DNA from: Octopus sinensis
Taxonomy: Eukaryota
Reading direction: 5' to 3'
NCBI RefSeq assembly: GCF_006345805.1
Contig: NC_043007.1
Coordinates: 2,294,001-2,358,000, forward strand
DNA length: 64,000 nt
The notes beneath the pieces are model-generated. The model ran no database searches, had not been told where the DNA came from, and saw only the letters and a list, made by a program, of their open reading frames with translations. This document shows, piece by piece, positions 53,910 to 64,000 of the stretch (the first letter of the stretch is position 1; each line of letters starts with the position of its first letter). The position numbers and the translations under genes are program-made.

Positions 53910-54486
53910 TATTCTTGTATTCTTTTACTTGTTTCAGTCATTTGACTGCGGCCATGCTGGAGCACCGCTTTTAGTCGAGCAAATCGACCCCAGAACTTAT
54001 TCTTTGTAAGCCTAGTACTTGTTTTATTGGCTCTTTTGCCGAACCGCTAAGTGACAGAGAACATAAACACACCAGCATCGGTTGTCAAGCGATGTTGGGG
54101 GGACAAACATATACACACACATACATGTATATATATACATATATACGATCGCTATTGACGGGAATGTAAACACACCAGCATCGGTTGTCAAACGATGTTG
54201 GGGGACAAACATATACACACACATACATATATGTATATACATATATACGATCGCTAATTACGGGAACGTAAACACACCAGCATCGGTTGTCAAACGATGT
54301 TGGGGGACAAACACACACACACACACAAATATATAGATACATATGCATGTATACGACGGGCTTCTTTCAGTTTCCGTCAACCAAATCCACTCAAAACGCT
54401 TTGGTAGACCCGAGGCTATAGTAGAAGACACTTGCCCAAGGTGAACCCGGAACCATGTGGTTGGTAAGCAAGCTACTCCTGCGCCT
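53910..54486 (-). mobile_element. SINE family A with internal ~105 bp triplication
   Basis: ACACCAGCATCGGTTGTCAA(G/A)CGATGTTGGGGGACAAAC at ~54068, ~54172, ~54274. Confidence 0.92.
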
Positions 54487-54733
54487 ATGGTCACTTATTA
54501 CGAGTTTTTTTTTCTCTCGATCTTTTGAGAGTGTGTGTCACCGTGTCTAGACCTTCACATCTGTGGGTTCCGAATGTTCTTATTTTTTTCCCCAAATTTA
54601 TGTCTTTTGCGGAGTAAAACGTTGAGAAATGAGTATCGTCGGGTCGTCCCCTGTGCTATAACGTACACAGCTACATAGAGAAACCGAAATGTATTGCAAA
54701 ATAATCCGACGAACTTCATGAATCAAACGTAAA

Positions 54734-55128
54734 TCTTTATATATAAAAGTGAAGTTGTGTGTCTGTCTCCTACGATTTAGATTCCTAACTACTCCCACAT
54801 TTTGCGGTGCAGTGTAACCAAAAGCGGGTATCTTATAGTCGTGATTCATATCGAGCCCTTCTAGGTATTAGCACACGTCTACGATGAGTCTACGATTAAA
54901 AAATAAAATTACCATCATTTTTTCCCATTTTTAATGCATTTTTTTGCTATTATATAAGGGAAGTAACTCTATAAAAATGTATTATTAAATCTCAGAACGT
55001 GAAAAGCTACAGTAACACCCCCCTTTGTGGTTAGCCATATTGAGATGGCTATTATACTTTACATCTCTAAAAATGCTTATATAGTTATTTCCCTGGCAAA
55101 CCCGAGCAACGCCGGGCGATACTGCTAG
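54734..55128 (+). mobile_element. Non-autonomous Helitron (395 bp)
   Basis: 5' TC start after A (TCTTTATATATAAAA), subterminal hairpin CCCG-agcaacgc-CGGG at 55101-55116, 3' CTAG followed by T, no TSD. Confidence 0.85.
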
Positions 55129-56389
55129 TAGTAAATAAAAATGAGGCATTTTATCTTTTGAGTTGTAGTGAAAGACATCTGAAGCTAAACAAAGATGAAC
55201 AGAAATGTTCATAATGATTCTATACGATACATAACATCATTAATAATTTAGCCATAAAATGTATACATGTCACAGGGAAGGAGACAGAAGAATAATTTGC
55301 CGCGAAGAAGGTTTTATCGCTGTAAAGCAATATTATTATGCACTTTTTTTTATTTCAGCCAATTATTCATTAAAACAAAGCCTGGAGGGAAATTGATGGA
55401 ATAATTAAATAAAACTGTACTGATAAGGACTATGTTGCTCGAGGATTACAAGAATTTAAAGAAGAGGAAGTGATAAATCGAATAGGAAAAGTAACGTGGG
55501 AAATTAAAGATGTATAAAGTGATGAGATTCTGGTAATTTTAAGAAAAGTCTTATAGAATAAAAAGCAAAATGGAAGAAATGAGGACTCACGCACCCAAGA
55601 CGCGGTTCAAAGTAATGAATTATAAGAACTAATAAGCAGATGAAAAAAGGACAAAATCTTGTAACGATACTGAGGTTATATCTCACAAAAGATGAATCAG
55701 GCTGAATTCTCGATCAAAGCATTATGGGTATTGATGTGCTTCAAAGTAGGAAAAACTGAAACTTCTGCATCACTGTAAATGTTCATCTCATGATTGTACG
55801 CTTGAGTGGGTTTTTATATTTGGTCTGCATGCATTATGAATTAATCCCGACCATGTTGCTATTAGTTTCTATTTCACTTGTTATTTTTGCTGCTCCAATA
55901 TCATTGTAATTATTGATATGATTGCGATTTGTAATTTTTTTTACCATTTTTCGAGATCGAAAAAGAATCATGCATAAACAAGCATCATGCAACATAGAAA
56001 ATCTTTTTTAATTACGCATAAGAATTGAGACGAAGCTTCAAAGTGGACACGCGTTTTCGAAATGAGTTCCATTCACTTGAAAGTTAACTCTGGATGAATG
56101 CAATGCAATTTCCTTTTTCCAGTTATAATTAAAATCTAGAATATATTATATATTTCACGAAGAAGGCCTCTATCATTATTTTTTAACTTTTAGTTTTCTT
56201 TGTTATGAATATATCAGAAACATCTAAATCTTAATATATAATTACTTCTAAGTTTCCAATCGACGTATTCAATATGCGTATCTTCCATTTTATTATTCAT
56301 ATTTCACAAATTTTCGTAATTGAAGCCGCAGAGATCTGCAGACAAACGCATGTCTCACAGAGGTATATGAATGCATCTATGTATCGCTG

Positions 56390-56680
<291 letters not shown>

Positions 56681-57099
56681 GAAATATTTTCTATAAGGTG
56701 AATTTCTCCTTTGAAACATTTACCCCAAGTAAGTTCTTTCTAAGTTTGGCTATATAATTCCCACACAGACATGCATACGCGCTTATAAACATGTATACAC
56801 ACATATATAATGAGACACATGTGCTGCAGATGTCCAATTATATATCGCTGCTTCATCATTAGTTTTCTCATTTATTGATTCTTATGCAGTCCTATTCATT
56901 GCTGTACTTTTAAATATTTTCTTTACTTTTGTGTGTTAGGGATTCAAATGTAATCCAACCTGACTACATGTACCGATTCTTCTATTAAATAAACCATGTA
57001 GTTCTTGCAAAGCGCCGGTTATGAGGAATTCATCGTCAGCATACCTCAGGTTCGCGTTGATCTTGAATTTTGATTAACAATAGAAAAGGAAAATATCGA

Positions 57100-57680
57100 A
57101 AGCGTTAAAGAATTTGTCTAGCTGGTACTATAATTGCCAAAGACTGCAACGAGACCCGTGAAACCAAGAGAAAACTCGGCATTGCCAAGAATGCCATGAT
57201 ATCAATGAACAGCATATCGGAGAATAAGCCGTCTCCTTCCGAACAATAACCGACTTTTCAATTCATTGATATTTAGCATAACCACAGCTGGAACTGAATG
57301 CTAGATTATCAAGAAAATCTAGGAAAGGAAATGTAAAGCATTTGAACAATAGTGTTTTTGACGCATACTCAGAATAAGTTGGACGGATAAAAGAAATAAT
57401 GAGTGCGGCCTTCCTTAGATAAAATGCCAGGAAAAACTGTTAAAAACTAACATGAAACGAAAATAGACCTTCACCGGTCAATATATTTAGGAGATAAAAT
57501 CTTAACATGTTCATGTTAACTTGTACTGTTTATGGCGAAAGAACAAGAGACAGACATAAAATTGAATTTAGCGATAGCATCAAAGAAGCTAGTGGCGAAA
57601 GATATGCAAAACTGTGCAGACTGGCACAGGACAGCCATGGATGGGTTGCCGCAGCGGCTTAATTATTTGAACCTCCTGGC
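57100..57680 (+). pseudogene. RTE-like LINE 3' fragment (RT C-terminus)
   Basis: VKEFV*L / GTIIAKDCNETRETKRKLGIAKNAM ... AFEQ*CF*RILRISWTDKRNNE. Confidence 0.8.
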
Positions 57681-58440
57681 AAGAAAATGAAGAGATCATT
57701 AGTTTTACTGATTTAGTCGTAAGTATTGACTTTCTAATTGTCAAACAAAACTAAACACGAGCGTTTTCTTTGTTATCACAGACTTGCAAGAAAGATAAGA
57801 ACAAGGTTATTTTTCTTGTTTGGCAGATTGCTTTGAAATGGTTTTTAGGCATTCTGTATTGTATCTTAAAATTTTGAACTCATATTTCTTTTCTACAAAA
57901 TTACATTTCATACAGAAGTGACGAATTTGACCGAGTCATTATTGTGTTATGTTCAGAGTTTAAACAACGTTCAATTCAAAACATTATCAACGCGTTCACT
58001 TGAAAATGTAACTAAGAAGTTTTAAATTAAAAACGGTTCGCTCCACCTAGCCGTAGATAATTTCTCCAATAATCTGCTATTTTATAAATTATAAGCTCTC
58101 TGAATTATCCTCTGTCCATATAATACTAAAATTCAGATTCCACTTGTTTTAATGTGTGTTTGTAGTTCATATACTAAACAAAACTTTACCTATTTCAACT
58201 TTACCGCAATGAAATGCTCCGATTTATGTACTCTGTGACATAAGTCTTAAGAATGCAAAATTCTGTGTGTATCTGGCACCTACAAATCTCAAAACAGATG
58301 AATTTCATGCCTTATCACATCTGCATATTATAAAAAATACTTCCTTCTTTCTGACGACAGAGAAAACGAAAGGAATCCACGAACTCATACAAAATGATAC
58401 ACACCCACACTCACACACACACACTATATATATATATATT

Positions 58441-58474
<34 letters not shown>

Positions 58475-58519
58475 TACGCATACAGATGCACACATACATA
58501 TATGTATATAATAGAACAT

Positions 58520-58765
58520 TTTTTTTTGAGAAACAGTATGTCACTGATATTTTGGATAGAAAGTTTCCTATTGTATGGTGTGTAAGCACTTTCGTTGTTC
58601 AACTTTTGAAAAACGTGGTTTGCGGTAACTCGCATAAAGGATTTTGTTTTAGTAAAAACAACTTCCTCTGTACGGAGTAGTATTTGTTTGAAAAGTTGAA
58701 CAACTAAAGACTGCACACTGTAAACACCGTACGAAAACCTTATCACATTTTGTCTGAAAAAAAAG
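58520..58765. mobile_element. Old fold-back/MITE-like element with diverged long inverted arms
   Basis: Core arms GTTGTTCAACTTTT / AAAAGTTGAACAAC, extendable outward with mismatches. Confidence 0.5.
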
Positions 58766-58832
58766 AAACATATTTGAATAATGTTTAGATAGTTAAAAGG
58801 AAAGGTCTTAAGGAATCCTTCCATTCTATCTT

Positions 58833-58941
<109 letters not shown>

Positions 58942-59652
58942 AAATCGTCATTAAACCGATTTAGATAAATAAAAGAATGAAACTAAAAATGCACAGAGAA
59001 TATAATAGTATTTTAAAATGAATGAATGCACTTTACCAGTTTCACATTAGGTTTTCAAATGTGCAGAGTGTATGGAGATTTGTCGCAAACTATGCCTATT
59101 CTGGCCCTTCTAGAAATAGTTTAATAGTTTGTTTTTTAAAGGAGGGAAATTATTATATAAACAGGAGATATAAATATTACAGGCACTCCCCCCCCACACA
59201 CACACTAACTAAACATAGACACACATAGAGGTTTACGCATGCGCAAATGAAGACACATACAATAGAAATACAAAATACAAAATGGCTGATCGTTAGTAAG
59301 GAGAGTCATACAAATAAGAAAGAAGAAAGCAAAGGACCACTGATGAGGTCACAGAAGTGTGACGAAAGTGTAACGAACAGACTGATTGGTTAGCGCTCAT
59401 GTATTAAGCTTATCTGGCAGTCGCGCGAGAACGTTACATAACATTTCTACATTGAATATGTCAAATGATAGTTTGAAAAGAGAGATTTGATTCAGTGATA
59501 TAATAATTATTGTTGTATTTAGAAATGGTCATTTTGCCAGTTTAGCCAATAAAAAAACACGCACTATATATTTGGTGTTACTTTGCTTAAGCGTTATTTA
59601 TTTTTTACATTAATCTTAATCTTATTTCGGCCAGTGTTCTTTCGTCACACTT

Positions 59653-60025
59653 CAGAGGGGACAAACAAGGACAGACAAACGGATCAAGTTGATTACATCG
59701 ACCCCAGTGCGTAACTGGTACTTAATTTATCGACCCCGAAAGTATGAAAGGCAAAGTCGACCTCGGCGGAATTTGAACTCAGAACGTAAAGACAGACGAA
59801 ATACGGCTATGCATTTCGCCCGGCGTGCTAACGTTTCTGGCAGCTCGCTGTCTTCTGTGAACAACATATTTCGAAGCTATGTAATAAGAGTGGAGGAGCT
59901 TTCCCGGTCCATAAATTCAGTACCAGTTACGCACTGGGGTCGATGTAATCGACTTGATCCGTTTGTCTGTCCTTGTTTGTCCCCTCTGTCTTTAGCCCCT
60001 TGTGGGTAGTAAAGAAATAGAAATA
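59653..60025. mobile_element. Rearranged family B SINE: head+body on - strand (59653-59850), duplicated body+tail on + strand (59912-60025)
   Basis: Sequence match to family B; 17 bp flank present in inverted orientation. Confidence 0.88.
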
Positions 60026-60509
60026 GAAATATGTTGTTCACAGCATATCTTTGGTTTGCAGGTTTGAGAACTTGTCCTTCCGTGAATGTAGATAGACGAC
60101 AGAAATCCTTGTTTCCGATACTGTTAAGAACCTTACATGTTATATGAATGAAAAGCTTCCGGTGTTTTTGGAGAGGCACTCATAGCTTTCTACTGTGTAT
60201 GACCATGAGTTTCTGATCAGTTAGCGTAGAATTTAGATGGCGTATTCATGCTAATGTTATCTTTCCCTTAGCTCGTAACTCTAAATGACTTATTTGAAAT
60301 TTTACTTGGTAGATTTCCCGTCAGTGTCAAGATTAGCAATTATATTGAAATATCTTGTTCTCAACTCTGATTCTAGTGATGTTTATGTTATTAGAGCTAA
60401 GATGGACATTTCTAACCATTATATACACGCATTTCGTATTTTCTATTCTGTTATACTTTGCAGGTAAAGGATATTTTGATGTTGGACTTCAATACCATTG
60501 AAGATGAAA

Positions 60510-60714
60510 AATTTCCGAGTGGATAATTATGTATGTATGCATGTATGTATGTATGTATGTTTGTATGTATGTATGTATGTATGTATGTATGTATGTATGT
60601 ATGTATCTATCTATCTATCTATACATATATATGCTTGTGTAAGTTTTTGTGCATGCATGCATATATTTACACACACACACATATATATGTCTATATGTGT
60701 ATATATATATATAC

Positions 60715-60745
<31 letters not shown>

Positions 60746-60790
60746 CACACACAGTACACACACAAACACACACACATATATATACATGTA
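60510..60790. repeat. (TATG)n/(TA)n/(CA)n microsatellite
   Basis: Directly visible. Confidence 0.95.
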
Positions 60791-61686
60791 TATATAGGTT
60801 TGTTTGTGGAGTTTAAAATATACCCGAGTCGTAAATAGTGTTGTAGTTTATAAAAGTTTATAGCAAATTTATTAAAATACCAAACGGTTTTCTTCTAATC
60901 CTTCGTTTTACGATGATATATAAAAATGGTTTAGGACAGACTGAAGTTACAAGAGAAATTTCGGATAAAACATGCTTGAAGAATCAAATGCTCATAAAAA
61001 TTTTAATATTTTTTCCAAGATGTGACTGTTACGAAATTCAACGAATATTTGAAGTTTTACATGCATATACAATAATAAAACTTCAAATAGTCGTTGAATT
61101 TCGTAACAGTCATACATGTTGGAAAGTTTATTCCGCGAAATATGTTCTTGCACTCATTTTCCCCTAGATTGCATAGGTCAAACAAGCTTGATTCTCAGGG
61201 GCTGAATGACGGTACACAGGTAACAGATTTGGTTCCCTACAACTAGGAATATTGCCGTAAATAAACATCTAAATTTTTCCCCACGAACAAATATCTAAAT
61301 ACTAAAATACTAAATTTTCCCTCTATATCACTGCAATGGAAACACTTCAGCTCAGTTGCGATTCGATAACGGAAATATGTTTATTGGGGAAATATAAACT
61401 ACGACTTAATACCATATATCAACACACCAGAATGAGAAACCTCAATTTATTCACTAAAATGACAAGAACCAACAGACATAACTTATAAAATCTACAACTA
61501 GCTTTAAGATTCAGGTTCATTTTCAGCTCCCAAAACGAAAGTTCTTACATTCTTTCCTGCGTAGAAATACACCTATATTCTAAACACACACACAAACACA
61601 CACATATGTATATAACTCACACATACACGTGCGCGCACACACACAGACACACACATATGTATATAACACACACACACACACACAAA

Positions 61687-62954
61687 CAGGTTTTGCAGAT
61701 CAGTTTAAATTTTTTTACGGTGCATAAAACTGGTTATAAATACTAAAATACTGGTAGTAGACAGATATAATTTTAATGTATCATTTATTACAACAAAATC
61801 TTTTATCTTCCAATATGGCCTCTCTTTTGGGCAATTACTGCCTCCACACGAGAATGAAACTCTTTTGAAGCTACCGCAACTTCTGCGTTGAAGATTTTAC
61901 GTGTCGCACGCACGATGCAGGTCTTCAAACTGTTGACACTCGGGTCAGTGGTCCTTGCTCGGAGTACTCTTCATAAAATGTAATCGAGACGGTTGGGATC
62001 CGGGCTATTACCGGGCCAGATGTTGGCCCTCACAAAAATAGCACTTTCTCACCAAGGGAAGGCCTGTGTTGCTTTTTGACTCATGGTATGGTGCAGAATC
62101 CTGGTTAGGCTCTACATTGTCAACCCTAAACTTCTGCTCCATCCTAGGTAACAGAGTTCTTCAGGATGTCCGGATATTCCTTTGTGCCGAATTGCAAGCC
62201 AGATGCGATGAAATGTGGACCCATGTCACTTCCAATGCTCTCCACGGTTCGAAACCCCATCACAGAGGCAGTATTCTTAATCTCAAACACAGCGGAGACG
62301 TCGGATGGGTTGCATGCAAACACTCGAGAATTTCTACGATTAACCTCAGCGCCCACAAAGAACTTCTTCTTGTTCCCAAGCACGAGAGTTTTTCTTGCAC
62401 TCTGATGCTTAATGAAAGACAGAAACTTTGGGCATCTCTCGGCTCTGATTGCTTTTGCCTTGACTGTTAGAGGCGATGGTGTCGTAGAACATAACTACTC
62501 ATGCTACGGTTCCTGTTCCAAACTCTTCACACTGTAGAAAAGGACACAGTGCGTTTCTTTGCAAGAGTTATCATGGATGCGGATGGGTTGACTTCAATCA
62601 GGCGTTTGAGGTCAGCGAGAAACTTTGGATTGCGCTTGGAATCGCTTCGAGTCTTGTTTTCTTTTCTATCAATCTTTCCCTCTTTAAATTGTTTACACAC
62701 ACGATTTTAACTGTTGCTTTTGGAAGTTTCGTCAACTTCACAATTTTATTGACAGTGTGCCCGGTGAGTGCCAAAACGACAAAGGCTGAATGATTCTGTT
62801 GTTCCATTGCTTTCTGTTGTCGAATCAGTTCGTTATTTACCTGAAAAATAAAGAGGAAGATTAGACTTTCAAGCAAGCAAGATTTTGACTATAAGTGAAA
62901 TGTTAACCCCACTAACTCAACTGTTAAAACTGGTCTCAATCTGTAAGGCCCCTG
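61687..62954 (-). mobile_element. Decayed Tc1/mariner element, maT (DD37D)-like
   Basis: Poorly conserved ends (CAGG..TTGCAGAT vs rc CAGGGGCCTTACAGAT, TA at 62955-56) around a transposase relic. Confidence 0.75.
61803..62807 (-). pseudogene. Transposase with approximately DD37D spacing, frameshifted
   Basis: MEQQNHSAFVVLAL HTH start; ASVMGF..V; QDSAPYH...WPGNSPDPNRLDY with 37 residues between the aspartates after correcting one frameshift; ends RVEAVIAQKRGHI. Confidence 0.85.
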
Positions 62955-64000
62955 TACATTCATTTGCACACACGCTCATACACACACACACACACGCACA
63001 CACACACACACACGCAAATATGTATATATATCACATGCATACACACGCGCACATATATACATACATTTTCACACACACACATACACATACTTCTGACGTT
63101 CGACTAGGAGTATTGAATTTTCCACCCAGCTGCATTATCCGCTTCTTAAAACAGTGTATAGCTTGTGAATAGTTTTCGTTCACCCCATTTCATTAACAAC
63201 GCATGGTTCGATTTAAGGATATAGCAAATGAAATTCATCTAAGATGCCACACAATGACATCGATCCCGGTGGCTCATGCCTACGTATCAAATTTCTTAAT
63301 CATTCCCCTATTACTGAACTTAAGCAACCACATGCAGTCACACAGAGACTTAATCAAGGCTTCTCAGTTATAAATAGGTACTATCTGACGACTTGCAAAA
63401 CCTTCTCACCTTCTAGTCGTTATACACTCGATGTTTCACTTGGTCAGGTTGGGGAGGACCGAGGAATAATCTGTTACTGCTCGCGATGTTGTAGGCATCT
63501 AAAACAGTTAACGAGAGCGTGACATTATCCATTAGGTCATACTTTCGAGTGACGTTTATACTAAGCTGTACGCACTACTTACATAGATACATCCATATAT
63601 ACATACATATAAAATATGGCGGTGTGTTTCCGTTTCTGCGTGGTACGTGTATGTGTTATGTGTGCGTGCTTGCGTGCCTGCATACGTGAGCACTGGAGGG
63701 GGCTTATGAATAACATACGAAATTTGGGTTAAAAGTTCATTGTTGATGAATATTTAATGTAGAATGACATAGTTTCCATGACAATTGATATATATGAAAC
63801 AAAAAACAATGCAAGTATGTAAAAACAACACACAAATAGTTAAGCAAAACTAAAATACACAAAATTTGACCCCGACAAAGACATTTGCTCAGGGAATAGA
63901 TTTTTGTTTCGACACATCTAGACTAATATACCAGAATTTTGATATTTTGTTTGTACGTAACCCTTATCGCCGAAATTCTGTTATTAAACACGTATATGTA

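Noticed and set aside
54040-54345. Repeat-spacer look-alike (CRISPR-like)
   Set aside because: Eukaryotic context; the spacers are near-identical SINE and microsatellite sequence, and there are no cas genes.

Overview
AT-rich, microsatellite-dense eukaryotic DNA with no confidently recognisable host gene, no rRNA/tRNA gene and no CRISPR array. It is most likely intronic or intergenic DNA of an octopod cephalopod; this is inferred from the SINE repertoire and was not checked against a database. Contents: about 30 copies of 3-4 tRNA-derived SINE families, three decayed Tc1/mariner elements (DD34D-like mariner, Tc1, approximately DD37D maT-like), a piggyBac-type MITE, a Helitron RepHel fragment plus a complete non-autonomous Helitron, a Penelope-like (GIY-YIG) retroelement 3' fragment, and RTE/R4-like LINE relics. 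Almost all long ORFs in the supplied track are translations of (TA)n, (TATG)n, (CA)n or (GA)n repeats. Most notable: (1) several minimal type I hammerhead-ribozyme folds with covarying stems, some with non-canonical cores, inside short (TA)n-flanked elements and downstream of the Penelope ORF; (2) two unrelated ~345-350 bp near-perfect palindromes with one mismatch each, one carrying a canonical hammerhead on both strands; (3) several rearrangement scars (inverted SINE target-site duplication, microsatellite-bounded tandem duplication). All alignments and folds were done by eye, so boundary coordinates may be off by a few bases.
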